DNA of 64,000 bases from Eledone cirrhosa (taxonomy: Eukaryota): contig OZ024763.1 in the NCBI GenBank assembly GCA_964016885.1, positions 11,036,001-11,100,000 on the forward strand, given 5' to 3'. The position numbers and the translations under genes were made by a program. The stretch's first letter is position 1, and each line of letters opens with the position of its first letter. Of the stretch, positions 25,948 through 39,662 are shown piece after piece. Under the pieces are notes generated by a model. The model did not search any database and was not told where the DNA came from. It was given only the letters and a program-made list of their open reading frames with translations.

Positions 25948-28900
25948 TTATCTCTTTCTCTTAATTTCGAGTATATTTTTTTGACCGGCCACCTTCCTGG
26001 TGGCAAGGTTGTAAAAGAAAAGAAATTGTCATCCCTTGAATCGCAAGAATGTTTTGAAAATTTTGAAGGTGCCAGCTATCGCAACCATTTGTAGACTATG
26101 AAATAGGGAGCTGCGCTCTTTGTCCGCAAATCCAAGTTCAGTCATACTTTGGTCCAAGCGTGTTGGTATATAACCCGTAGCTCCAATAATGATGGGTATG
26201 AAGCTAAAGGTGTATCTTGGATACTGGATTTGCAAACTCCTCATCAATGGTCCGTAGATGTCCTCCTTCTCCTGTATTTTCTGACAATTTTTACATCAAG
26301 TGGGCAGCTAATCTCCACAACAGAACACGTTTTCAATGTGTGGTCCCAAACAACAATATCAGCCCAGTTGTGCTTTAATTTGGTGGCAGTTTTTATTTTC
26401 AGGTTCCACCAGTATTCCTTAGTGCCATCTGTCTCAATATATTCTTCCTCGTTTGTTGTTAATTTTGTTTTCCGAGATGCGTTCCAGATGGTTCTAGCTA
26501 TCCCATCGTGTCTCATGGGGGGTAGTAGCGAGATGACATTCTTTCGCAGCTGGCAACAATGTGGCTTACATCCTCGATCTTTGTTTTACATAGCCTACAT
26601 TTATTGTCAGCTGATGGCCCTCCCCTTTTGTGCAGCAGATATTTGGTAGGGAGTTCTTGTTCCTGTATTGCATAGAGATATCCCTCAATGTGTGATGTCA
26701 TAAACTTGTCGGAAGTCCATGCCAGGCTTTTTGAGTGGTTTATCCCCTCTATGGTCTGTGTTTTACATCTCAAGTATCCATGCACAACTTTTTCTGTAAA
26801 TTGGTCAATTTTTTCATCTTGTTTGAACATTGAATAGGATCTTCCGATTTCTCTGGGTGAGAGATTTATATCAGACTTTATTCTATATCTCTCCTCCAGA
26901 TCAGTGGCTATTCTAATGATATTTTTTTTTCCATGCTCATAAACCTGAGCAAGATGGTTGCCAACCCTTTTCCTCTGTTGAAGGTGTTGCTTCAGTGTTA
27001 CTATCGGGGTCTCATTTGATGTTAATATGGATTTTAGACCCCGGCCACCTTCCTTGCGTGAGAAGTATAGCCTATCCACATCACCATTGATGTTAAAGTT
27101 CCCAGTAACACTGAGAAGTTTGCGAGTTCTAACATCCATCTCACTTAGTTCTTGCAATGACCAGTTCAGTAGGCCAAATGTTGGCGTTAGAATTGGCACA
27201 GCATAAGTATTGTGGGCAATGTATTTGTTGTACGCTGACAATTCTGATGACCATATTTTCTTTACTCTTCTGAGGTATTCAGCTCTGGTTCTCTCCTTAT
27301 TTATGGGTCCATCATATCTGACATTCTCATCCTGTCCAAGATATCTATAATTGTCACCTGACTGTAGAGGTTGTATTGTCAGGCCGTTCATCTCTAGATT
27401 TCTAGAGGAGGGCACAGCTCTTCCACGTTTTACTGTCAAATATGCACACTTGGACTCACAAAATTTCATGTTGATGTCTGTTGAAAATTGTGTAATGAGG
27501 TCCAATTGTTTCTTGATGTCATTGATATTTGGCCCATACAACTTCAGGTCATCAACAAAGAAAAGATGGGAGATACTTCTGGACCCACTTTTTTGTTCAC
27601 CTTGTTTCCTGAGTAGGTAAGAAAGTGGATTTAGTGAGAGAACGAAGAGTAGCACTGACAAGCTATCACCCTGAAAGATGCCCTTCTGGTAATGTATCCT
27701 ATCAGTCTTAACTTGCTCCTTCTCACCTCTAAGGATCAAATTGGTGTACCAGTTCTTGGTCAGACGTTCAACAACAGCTACTAGTGGTTGTGGGACTTTG
27801 GCTAAATGTAAAGCCTTAACAATCCACCCATGAGGTACACTATCAAATGCTTTTTGATAGTCCAGCCACACCACAGTCATGTTTTTTGCGATTCTTTGTT
27901 GTTTTTTCTTGAATCATTTTATTAGTTAGTAGGTGATCTATGCAACCCCACACCTCCCTCTTTCCACCAGCTTGCTCAGGTGTTATGATGTTGTTGGTAG
28001 CACAGTGATCATGTAAGAACAGGTTAAGGCACCCAGTATATAATTTATACATGATGTTTTGGCAGGTTATTGGGCGGTAATTTTTAGCAAGGGTGGTTTG
28101 GCTATTTTGGGGAATGAGGAGAGTAGTGGCAGTTGATAACCATCTGGGCAGTTCTTGTGTGCCTTTAATGGTTTCTGTAAACAGCCGTAAGAGATCTTGC
28201 CGATAGAAAGTGAAATTTTTCAACCAGTATCCTGTAATGAGGTCTGGACCTGGTGATTTCCTATTCGACATTTTCTGTAGAGCTGTTTCCAGTATTGACC
28301 CATCTATGTCATATTGTTTTGTCTGGACATGTTGGCAGTACTCCTGTTCCAGTTCTTTTAGCCAATTAGTTTGTCTGTTGAATCCGTCATCCGTTTCCCA
28401 TACAGATCTCCAGTAGCTCTCACCCTGTTCTTTTGAAGGCGTGTCATTTACAGGGATTGAGCTTTTGCCACCGAAGCTGCGATAAACTGATTTAGGATCT
28501 CTGGCAAACAATCTATTTAGCACTTGTCGTTTATGTGCTGTTGACTTATATTTTAGTCTTTCTGTTGTAGCTGTGAGTTGTTGTTTCAACTGGTGTAATT
28601 TGGAGTTCAAAGTTTTTAATTTTGTATCTCCAAATCGTCTCTCTAACTTTTTTTTTTTAGGTTTTCCTGGTGTCGTGTGAAGTTGCTCTCTATGTTGCAT
28701 TTCATAACGACTGCGATGTGTGAGATACTTCGTCTCAGGGACAAAATTTTGCTTTTTAAATTTCGCATCCACGCTGGTTCAGGCTTTTTGTTTGTATCTT
28801 GATTGCGTGGTTTTAGATGTGTGTTATATGATAGCAATGTAACAGCTGAAACATATAACGAAATATTAAGCGTTTCAAATGTCGTTTCTACACCTTTAGA

Positions 28901-29520
28901 TCGTATAGCCTTCAGATAATTGCCAGCTATTTCGTTCACCGTTTCCAATTCCAATTTAGTGGGTTCTTTACTGATTCTGGTGTTGTATGGTCTGTCACTC
29001 ACATTAAGGCTGTGTATCTCTTGAAACGTATCGTTCCATATCACTTGTAAGGTGTCCACAAGCTTTTGGTGTTCTGTTTGTACAGTAGAGTCATGAATAC
29101 TACTAGAGTTAGCTGACCATTCTCGCTGTTCTTCAGTGGAAGTGGGATGGATTTCAGCAAAATTGTTGGTGAGCTGTTCACTGTTAGATTTAGCTGGCCA
29201 TTCTCTTTGTCTGTCAGTGGAGGTGGGGTGGTTGTCTACAAGGGCTGTATTTGTAGTATCACCCAATTCCGTTAGATGTATCAATTTACATCTAATGATA
29301 CGTTTTGCCTGTTCATTTAAATGCTTTGGAGAAAAGTCTAATTCTGGGTGTTTGGAGTTCCATAAAATGTTTAGCCTTTGCATAAAACCGAACTTTTGGG
29401 GTTCAGATTGTTTGTATGCTTCATATAATTCTTTGTTAAGCTCGTAGCTCCACTGTATACAACGGTTGTAGTTGCGATTTGGTCGAAGGAGACTTGTACG
29501 TTTTGCCATGATGAGTTCGT
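25948..29520 (-). mobile_element. Near full-length R4/Dong-clade non-LTR retrotransposon (RT, CCHC knuckle, restriction-like endonuclease), family 1; one ORF broken by ~4 frameshifts
   Basis: ORF pieces 28643-29509, 27843-28772, 26513-27880, 26244-26516, 26029-26247: KSPGPDLI, NYRPITC, DYQKAFDSVPH, GIFQGDSLS, FVDDLKLY, YRYLG, GGRGL, CRLC..EDVSHIVASC, RHD, DIVVWD..VVEISCP. Confidence 0.93.
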
Positions 29521-30180
29521 CTATCCACTAATATTTTGTATTTATTTTTCAAAATAGTCGATGATCTTCTTTAAAAGTTTCGACAAAGTTCTGTCAGAAT
29601 CAAATTTAAAGTTATTCACAGCTTGGGTAATATTTCTTTTCAGTTAGTTTTTAATTCTACAACTGTGTTTTAAACGTTGTTTTTGAATCGTTTGAATCGA
29701 GAACCCCCCCCCCCAAAAAAAAAAAACCCCCTGTTACTTAATATATTTCTTTATGAATGTAATATAATATAACAACGCTGTATTTATATGTTAAAGTTTA
29801 TGTATCATTCATATAAATAGGTGTTCTACAACTTATTCACAACATATTCACAGTTCAAACACCTATGTTTTTGTTTCTGAATTGAAAACGTTACTTGCAT
29901 ATTTCTTTATAAATGTAATATAACAACGTTGCATTTATATGTTAAAGTGTATGTATCGTTCATATATCATAAGTGTATGTATCGTTCATATAAATAGGTG
30001 TTTTATAACACACTTACAGTTCAAACACTTATGTAGAATTATTGTATGTAATCTTACCGCGTAATGTAGCTCAACTTTTTCCAATATATTGTATGTTGCC
30101 TTCATGTAAGCCGTAATTACACACGTCCGGTTATCGGACACTGACCACAACGGTCGCCATTGTATGTATGTATGTATGTA

Positions 30181-31270
30181 GAAGACAAAGGTAAAGGTGT
30201 ACAAGGCATGTGTCCTCTCTTCTCTTCTTTATGCCTGCGAGACCTGAGTCACATATCGACACCACCTTAAACAATTGGAGCGTTTCCACCAGATGTGTCT
30301 CAGACGGATCCATGGCGTTCACTGGAGGGACCACATCAGTGATGTCGAGATTTTGGAAAGCTCTCTGTGTGAAAGTATAGAAGCTCTTGTGCTTAAGCAA
30401 AGACTCCGATTGAGTGGTCACCTTGCCAGGATGAAGGATTCTAGGATACCAAAACAACTCTTTCATAGAAAGCTAGTTAAAGGAAAACGACCTCCACATA
30501 AACCAAAAAAGAGGTATAAGGATTTGTTGAAAGCCTCCTTGAAAGACGCTAACATCTCTGCTGATACATGGGAAAATATTGCTGCTGATCGTAATAAATG
30601 GAGAAAGACTGTACATGAGGGGAAGTTGCTTTTGAGGCATCTCGAATCGCATACGAGAAAGTAAAGCGGGACGTGAGGAAGGGCATTACTGTTGCATTTC
30701 CAGACAGCGAAGGTCCTCCTATGGCGCTGACAGGCAGCGTCTGTGCGAGACTCTGCCTCAGCAAAGCTGGACTCGAAAGTCATCTTCGCAGTCATAAAGT
30801 GAGACCAGTGGTTGACTACCAGGCTGCTGTTGGAGATGCTACTCATCATGCCTGCCAAGCATGTGGTAGAGAATGTAGATCAGCAGGAGGGCTCAAACGA
30901 CATGCAAAAGTACGTGAACTCCAACCACAGCCGACTATTCCCAGTGAATGTTTTGGGTGCCAACTCTGTGCAAGATATTTTAGATCATTTGCTGGGCTAA
31001 AAAGCCACATTCGATTACAATACCGTTAATTGTTATTGTGTGTGTGTGTGTATAAGCATGTGTGTGTGTGGTTTTTTTTTGTGTGTGTGTATGTGTGTGT
31101 GTGCATGTATATATATGTGTATATGCATATATATATATATATATCATTTTTTTTTCTATTATTATTATTATTATTATTAATGTCATTATTGTTATTATAA
31201 TGTTTGTTTTTTTAATTTTTTCCTCGTGCAATGGCCATACTCGATAACGATAGGGAAGCCATCATGTATG
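30181..31270 (+). mobile_element. RTE-clade LINE 3' fragment with C-terminal C2H2 zinc fingers
   Basis: KVKVYKACVLSSLLYACET..LERFHQMCLRRI..WRDHISDVEIL..RLRLSGHLARMKDSRIPKQL..GKRP; then CARLCLSKAGLESHLRSH, CQACGRECRSAGGLKRH, CQLCARYFRSFAGLKSHIR. Confidence 0.85.
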
Positions 31271-31572
31271 TATAGTAATAATAAATGTGAAGACTAAAAT
31301 CCGAAGGAGGCTCGATAAGGATTATATATATAAAAACACGTAGAGCAAATATTTATTTTAAGTACAGATTAAAGTTTAATCTTCAGAAACTCTGAGTTTC
31401 TGAAGATCCCGTAAAAGGGTGATAGCAGCGATTCTTTGCTTAAACTTTAATCTTAAACTTTAACCAGTTCCTCAGTGAAATAACAACCCAACCAGGAACT
31501 GGGCATATCAGAGTATTGACAAAGTTATACACCTCAACAACATGTGTACTCGTCTCTACCACACTAATTCGG

Positions 31573-31627
31573 ACTGCCTGAAGAGGTCACAGCCAAAGAT
31601 GGCTGTCACCGAAATATATATAGCAGT
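31573..31627 (+). ncRNA. Type I hammerhead ribozyme
   Basis: ACTGC-CTGAAGA-GGTCACAGCCA AAGA TGGCTGTCACC-GAAA-TATATA-TA/GCAGT, followed by AATAAA. Confidence 0.82.
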
Positions 31628-32114
31628 AATAAACGAAGCCAAATTTTAAACATTTGACTTATTTATTTTATTTTATTTTACATTACTCCGGAGTAACCAA
31701 ACCAACCTGCGCACTTCGTCGAGTGCTCCAATCTGCATATTGAGGTGTTGGTATACAACCAACATATACTAAATATATATATATATATATATATATGTAT
31801 ATGTGTGTGTGCATATACACAGACACACAGACACACACACAGACACACAAACACACACACACACACACACACTGCTACCAACTTTAAAATGCTGACGTCA
31901 TGAATCTCTGCTAATCCTTAATTTAAAACTCCTCTCATATTAGCTGTGACGCCCTTCAGCTGTGCCCACCAAATCAATAATTTCTCTCTATTGAACTTTC
32001 TCTCGCCCAGAGATTAACTCAGCAAATCTAACGATCCAGAGAGGAGCCGGCTGCCCCTAAGCGGTCTGCTCTGAACACGCTAGAAATAGCAGCCAAAAAC
32101 CATAAACTACTTAG

Positions 32115-32275
32115 TGCAGGCACACCTCTGTCTCTGTGGTTGAAGTGCAGCTCACTTTACACCACGTGGATCGCAGTTCAGTTCCACTATGCGGCTCCTT
32201 GGGTGTCTTCTACTATAGGGTCGGGTTGACCAATATCTTGCGAGTGGTATTTCAGACATAGAAACTGCAGAATTG
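32115..32275 (+). mobile_element. Degenerate tRNA-derived SINE, family C
   Basis: GTTCAGTTCCACTATGCGGCTCCTTGGGTGTCTTCTACTATAG...GACCAA..CTTGCGAGTGG..GAAACTG. Confidence 0.55.
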
Positions 32276-32353
32276 TATCATATATATATATATATATATA
32301 TATCGTATATCGTTTATCGTATATATATATATATATATCGTATATCGTTTATC

Positions 32354-32411
<58 letters not shown>

Positions 32412-32885
32412 GATAAAAGATATATGATATATATATATATATATGAAAAATAACTTGAAAATGCAATAGTAGTCCTTAAGAAAATTTATTTACTATCAAT
32501 TTACCGGTTTCACAGTTTCCTGTGACCTTATCTGTCCCCTCTTCAGCTAGTAGAATGTCTACCCCACCTACCCGATCATCATTCCCTGCCTAGAAGAGAA
32601 TTACCTACGTTGTTTGCTTGTATGGGAGGTATCCTTACACTTGGACACAGCCCCCACCCACTTGTCTTTTCTCAAGCAACTCCACAATTTCGTCAGATCT
32701 TTCTTTCATCGTGCCCTCATTAGGAGTGGCAGCCATTACCTGAAAATGGTGGTTTCGTCGTGCTTTGGTAGTAGCTTTTTGCACCTGAAATGGAATATAT
32801 TTGAAACCAGAATTTAGGGGGCCGTAAAGAAATACTGCAATACATTTCATACAACACTTTAACAATTATTCAAATGCCTCAATAA

Positions 32886-33060
32886 TAATTGTTTCTACTT
32901 TTGGCACAAGGCCAGCAATTACCCCAGTACATTACTGGTACTATATTTTATCGACCCCGTAAGGATGAAAGGCAAAGTTAACCTCGGCGGGATTTGAACT
33001 CAGAATGGCAAGGGCCGTAACTCTATGCGTCAAAGCATGGCGTCCGACCCTCTACCGATA
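32886..33060 (-). mobile_element. SINE family A
   Basis: Matches the family consensus. Confidence 0.85.
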
Positions 33061-33080
33061 AATTATCATTATTCATTTAC

Positions 33081-33404
33081 ACATTGATGATCATATTAAC
33101 ACTGGATCATTTAATTGACTCCTTATCAACTTATATAACCTCAGATAGACAATACTTTCAGCAGGATATTTGCTGTTCCTCCATTCAAAAAAATATTTTT
33201 GCAATGTCGTAATGCTGGGTCTGATATCATTTCTCTCGAGGTAGAAAATCTCCAGAAACACCTGATAGAACTGAAATCAGTTCCAGCATTAGGACATTGC
33301 AAAAGACAACAACACTTAACCTGAGGAAAGTATTGTCTGTCTGAGGTTACATAACTTGAGAGGGAGTCAATTAAATGATCCAGGATTAATAAGTTCATCA
33401 CTGT
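33081..33404. mobile_element. MITE with ~75-bp terminal inverted repeats (Tc1/mariner-like end)
   Basis: ACATTGATGATCATATTAACACTGGATCATTTAATTGACTCC... versus ...GGAGTCAATTAAATGATCCAGGATTAATAAGTTCATCACTGT, followed by ATATA. Confidence 0.7.
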
Positions 33405-33429
33405 ATATATATTATATAGAGTACCACAC

Positions 33430-33620
33430 GCGGTGGATTGGCAGTATCGGTAGAGGGTCGGACGCCATGCTTTCCAGCATAGTTACGTCCCTTTACGATC
33501 TGAGTTCAAATCCCGCCGAGGTTGACTTTGCCTTTCATCCTTACGGGGTCGATAAAATAAAGTACCAGTAATGAACTGGGAAATTGCTGGCCTTGTGGAA
33601 ACCTAAAGTGGAAACAATTA
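33430..33620 (+). mobile_element. SINE family A with TSD
   Basis: Flanked by ATTATATAGAGTACCACA on both sides. Confidence 0.88.
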
Positions 33621-33961
33621 TATAGAGTACCACAGGACTTACAAGTACATATAGCATACAACAGACTGAACTACTAGGCACTGTATATATATTATATAGA
33701 GTACCACAGGACTTACAAGTACATATATCATACAAAAGATAGAACTACTAGGCACTGTATATATATTATATAGAGTACCACAGGACTTACAAGTACATAT
33801 ATCATACAAAATATAGAACTACAAGGCACTGCACACATATTACAAAAAGTACTGTCAATACAATAGAAACAACATCAGCAAAAACTACACTGCACATACC
33901 CAAGGTGCACAGTGCTGTGCTCAGTAAAGCAGTAATGATGCGCAATAAAAATAATAATGGA

Positions 33962-33995
<34 letters not shown>
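33620..33995 (+). mobile_element. 3' end of an RLE (R4/Dong-like) element with ~3 tandem copies of a ~74-bp coding segment and a (TAA)n tail
   Basis: Translates to PGLTSTY.IQ..ELLGTAHILQKVLSI, the LGTA.ILRK C-terminal motif of RLE elements; ends in (AAT)n. Confidence 0.65.
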
Positions 33996-34124
33996 CTTGC
34001 TGGGAACAGCAAGAACCCTCCGATACGTCCTGGATATCTGAGGCTGCAGGTAGTGGCTTGATATTCATTCCAACAGACTTTCCAGTTAACTAACATCAAT
34101 GACTGAGACTCAAGGAGTAATAAC

Positions 34125-34165
<41 letters not shown>

Positions 34166-34458
34166 CAACAGCGACAACAACAACAACCACAAGAAAAGCT
34201 CAATATTCCGTCAAGGTCGGCTGTAATCTCTCTGCTTCCTCCCTCCATACATACACCTCATTTCTTCCGATTCCGAAATCGATAAAGTGAAATATAACAT
34301 AAGTACAGTATGTAATACGTTGTTGGGTAGAAGATCGATCAGGCGAGATTAGTTGGGTTATATAATCATCTTCCACCAGTTTGGGTGTATATGTGTGTGT
34401 AAGTGTGTATGTGTGCATATACATGTGCGTATACGTGTATATATGTATATATGTGTAT

Positions 34459-34490
<32 letters not shown>

Positions 34491-34503
34491 GTGTGTGTAT
34501 ATG

Positions 34504-34540
<37 letters not shown>

Positions 34541-34847
34541 GCATACATACATATGTATATATATGTATATATATATATGCATTCCGACCAACACCCCACC
34601 CCACACACACCTCTTCCTGAACATGCTCGGACACCCCGTCTCCCTCTCCCCACTCCACCCGCCACCACCCCTTCACGCCCCACATCCTTCCACCACCTGT
34701 TTTACCCCAGTTTAATTTTATTTTGATCATGCTTTTATTTTTATTCTTAATTTTATTTTCATTTCCACCGTTTCCTCCCACCCTCTTTTTGCTATATGTC
34801 TCTCCACCACTCCCCTACACACCCTTTGAACTCTCTTCCCACACACT

Positions 34848-34914
34848 TTTCACCTGAAGAAGGGCTTATGCCCGAAACGTCGTTCCCCACCACCCCACTC
34901 TCAAGAGCGTGAAA
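34848..34914 (+). ncRNA. Hammerhead core with stem I split by a short insertion
   Basis: TTTCAC-CTGAAGA-AGGGC TTAT GCCC-GAAA-CG-TC; the complementary GTGAAA is displaced to 34909-34914 and followed by AATAAA. Confidence 0.55.
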
Positions 34915-34995
34915 TTAATAAACATTCGTTGTACTGCCTCTCTGTTTTGTTCCTGTTCAAATTTTCCATTATATATATATATACATATACATATG

Positions 34996-35047
<52 letters not shown>

Positions 35048-35176
35048 TATATAAATATGTGTGTGTATATGTATATATTTATATATGTATATATATATAT
35101 AGATAGATACATATGTATATATATGTATATATATATATATATATATACATATGTATATATATATATATATATATTT

Positions 35177-35527
<351 letters not shown>

Positions 35528-35582
35528 GAATCTAATAAACATTTGTCGTACTGCCTCTCTGTTCTGTCCCTGTTCAATTTTT

Positions 35583-35715
<133 letters not shown>

Positions 35716-35736
35716 TATATATACATATACATATAT

Positions 35737-35784
<48 letters not shown>

Positions 35785-35788
<4 letters not shown>

Positions 35789-35987
35789 TTAATATAGATG
35801 AGATTCTACAGGATTAGAACTGTTTCATTCATTAGAAATCATCAGGAATCATGAGATTCCTGATGATTTCTAATGAATGAAACAGTTCTAGTCCTGTAGA
35901 ATCTCATCTATATTAAAACTGTTATACTCTGCTATGTATTGAGTACCTTACTTACTGTGGTTACCTCCGATTCAACCCGGAATAACG

Positions 35988-35990
<3 letters not shown>
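35785..35990 (+). mobile_element. PLE-like terminal repeat with a fold-back palindrome and a hammerhead core
   Basis: 35785-35850 inverts 35855-35920; CTGATGA-TTTCTAATGAAT-GAAA-CAGTTCTAG-TC; related pieces at ~790-828 and 59028-59085. Confidence 0.65.
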
Positions 35991-36030
<40 letters not shown>

Positions 36031-36116
36031 CTTACCCCACAGTATTGAGTACTTAGTTGAACTAGTCTAAACTAGTAACTCCCAATTTCTCTCTTTTCTC
36101 TCTCCACCTCCTACTC

Positions 36117-36153
<37 letters not shown>

Positions 36154-36287
36154 CACACGCACGCGCACACACACACAGACACACACACACACACACATAC
36201 ACACACACACACACAAACAAACACACATATATATAATTTGGAAAATTAGCAATGAGAATGCAATGAACGGAAATGTTTTGATGGGGA

Positions 36288-36422
36288 AACCCTAACCCTA
36301 ACCCTAACCCTAACCCTAACCCTAACCCTAACCCTAACCCTAACTCTAACCCTAACTCTAACCCTAACCCTAACCCTAACCCTAACCCTAACCCTAACCC
36401 TAACCCTAACCCTAACCCTAAC
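36288..36422. repeat. Interstitial telomeric repeat (CCCTAA)n
   Basis: ~22 units, two of them CTCTAA variants. Confidence 0.95.
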
Positions 36423-36989
36423 AACATTTTTTTAACATAAAAAGACAAAAGAAGGTGAAAGCAGCCGTTACAGTTTCCAGGTTCTAATTGTCAAGGTTTG
36501 CTCCGAACACTCTTTGGGGTCTCGGGATATGTATTCTTTGTGTATCCATCCCAGGACTGGTCGCAGGCCGATCATCAGTTTTTGCAGCATGAAATGGAGA
36601 CTGCAATATATTTTTTTAACAGGTTCCTCAACCTAAGACCTGAACATGTCCTTTATTAACAAGCATGAAGGACGATGCAGAATGACTGTTTTTGCTGCCC
36701 CTCACCTTATTGCAGTTCTGGTGGTCTTATTTGCACCAGTCAGTGGTATTTTTCTCAGACCCGCGAAGTCTAAGTCTTCTTAGACTAAGCCATTGCTCGC
36801 CTCATTATAGCTACGTCACTGGGTTGTGAGAGTTTTCTTTGGAGCTACAGGTGTCACCCATTCCTCCATCGCCCCTAGTAGTTTACCGCTGTTAGTCTGG
36901 AGTTGTTTATTCGTCCAGCAGGAACGCTCTTATATTGCAACTAACCATTATATCTAGTGGCCGTATTGCTATCCACCACCTACGACGCA

Positions 36990-37965
36990 TTCTTTAGCAA
37001 AGAAGAAGGCCTACAAAACTTGGCTTGGAAATAATTCCTCTTCTTGCATTTGCGGTACAAGCAGGCACGAAGAATCGCAGCAGAGACAGTAATGGCATTC
37101 AGAGTTAATACATGGGATAACTTGGGGGTTTTGCTGGAATTGGACTTCAGATCAGCAAATAAAGTCTTCTGGCAGACCATCTGCCGACTTCGTAATAAGA
37201 AGTACTCCTTAACACCTGATATCAGGAATGCATTTGGGCTCTTCTCCCTTCAGAGAAGTGCATCCTCGCAAGGTGTAGAGAATATTTTGCTGATCTCCTA
37301 AACCCAATCCTAACAGCATCTTCTGATGTACAAGAGGTGCATCTGGGAGCGGTGACTAATCTCACAAAAGCTATTAAAGAACTCAAATGTGGCAAGGCCG
37401 CTGGGGATGATGAAATCCGGGCCGAGATGTTAAAAGCCTTAACTAGAGAAGGTATTCTCTGGCTGACTCATGTGTGTTGGGTGGCCTGTATCTCTGGAAA
37501 GGCACCTAAGCAATGGCAATCGTAAATAGTAATCACAATTTTCAAAATAGGAGACAAGAGAAATTATTCCAATTACAGAGGAATCTACTTGCTAAGCCTC
37601 CTCGGTAAAGTCTAGGTTATTGGCAAAGTGATGCAGGAATATTGTCGAGTCCAAGCTAGCTGATGAACAGTGCGGTTTTCATCTCGGATGCAGCATAGCC
37701 GGCCAAATACTCACACTTCGACAGGTCTTTGAGAAATCATGGGAATACTGCCAAGAGGTGTATTCTTGCTTTGTATACTTCGAAAAGGCATATGACATCC
37801 TTCCACGGAACCTGCCGTGGAAGGTTCTACAAGAGTACGGTGGAAGGTTCTACAAGAGTACGGTGGAAGGTTCTACAAGAGTATGGGATCGATGGTCAGT
37901 TTCTTGTTGCCGTGATGTCACTACGAATGCCAGAGTATTTATGTTCGGATAAATAGCGTTAAATC
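36990..37965 (+). mobile_element. RTE LINE RT N-terminal fragment (pseudogenised)
   Basis: KAIKELKCGKAAGDDEIRAEMLK...NYRGIYLLS...EQCGF...CFVYFEKAYD; internal triplication of GTGGAAGGTTCTACAAGAGTA at ~37818-37884. Confidence 0.85.
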
Positions 37966-37974
37966 GACGTCAGC

Positions 37975-38460
37975 TTGGACATATCAACAGGCGCACATAG
38001 ATCCTACCATAAACCGAATGAGAGTCTAAAATATATCAACAGAGGACCTTGACACCCACCTACGGTTTTTGAAAATCTGGTGCCTAACATTAGGCGTAGA
38101 ATCTGGAACTTATCATCAAATAGAGAAATATTTGCCAAAGCAGCGCCGTACTACAATAAGGATCTGAGATACCTAGGAATAGAGATAGGAAAAGAAAAAT
38201 AATCTGGTTTGCTCCTCCATTCTCTCTTAATGTAAATACTAATGTAGGTGAGTAATTCTTACTCCTAATTGACAAGCACTTTACACCACAACTAAGAAAT
38301 AGTAAAATCTTCAATCACTGCTTGGTGACGATATCTCATTCTTGCCCACCATCCATGAGATCTAAGACGACCGAAAAAAAAAAGAAAAAAAGAAACAGAT
38401 GAGAATCCGGTGTGCTCTTGCAGGAAAAAAGAGGACTGTCACAACAAAACTGTAATTGTG
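37975..38460 (+). mobile_element. Penelope-like (Neptune) element fragment
   Basis: YHKPNESLKYIN..HPPTVFENL..SSNREIFAKAAPYY..RKRKIIWFAPPFSLNVNTNVG..IDKHF..KIFN. Confidence 0.78.
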
Positions 38461-39662
38461 ACGAAAGAACTCTGATTGACCAACAGTTAAAAACTTAGAT
38501 ATGAATATAATTTCTTAATGATAAACATCGATTGCCAGCTAAATTAATTATAGAAATATAAAATATACTGAAGTGAAAACCAACCCAAACCAAACAGTGA
38601 GTGTGTTTTACTATATTTTTCTGGCAATATTATAACAACATGACCCTCCCCAAATATAACAATATCATTTAAAGTGTTAAATTTATTTTAGATAATTAGC
38701 ATACAACCCAAGCAACACACATTACACATACACATAAATTAGCTTGTGAATTAAGTCACGCATATATTACACATTCGCACGTTTAAAAGTTTCTAACCCC
38801 GAGAATTTCGGAACTCGGGAATTACCCCTCGTGCTCTCGAAATGGCGCTCTCCACTGTTTTAAGACCAAATTTAGTGGGCTAACTGTTTTTTTTTTTTAG
38901 TAATTTTGTCCTGGCGCCCAACGAGAGGCCAGCATTGACACGGCTCCTACACTATACAGTGGTGGCCATAACTGGACCCCGAAACCTAAGGTATGTATAC
39001 ATGTTAAGTGTATGAAGTGTTAGATATACTAAGTAAGCTCTCTTGCAATAGATTGACCATTGGTTTCCTTGACCTTTTATCTATGAATATCCTGCACACA
39101 CACACACACACACACATATATTAGTGTGTATATATACATATACATATATATGTACCTACACACTCACACACACACACATATACATATACATACATACTTA
39201 CACACACGCACGCACATATATATCAGTGTGTATATATACATATATATGTACCTACACACTCACACACACACACATATATACATATACATACATACTTACA
39301 CACACGCACGCACATATATATTAGTATGCATATATACATATACATTCATACATACATACTTGCGCGCGCGCACACACACACACACATATATTAATATACA
39401 TATACGCACACACACACCTATTCCAATTTATGATTGAACAATAGTTACTATTCTTCCGAGTTAATCTAGTAATAAAGAGATAAAACATATTTTTGTATTA
39501 AATGAGATATTTATAAAATAACGTTACATATGGATTGGAATAGAACAGTGGGACGAAGGAGGGGGTGATAGCTATTGAAATGGGTGTAGATAGTAGAGAG
39601 GGGTGGGGAGAGTAGATGAGTAGGAGTAGATATAGTAGAAATAGTGGGAGTAGAGCGAATAG

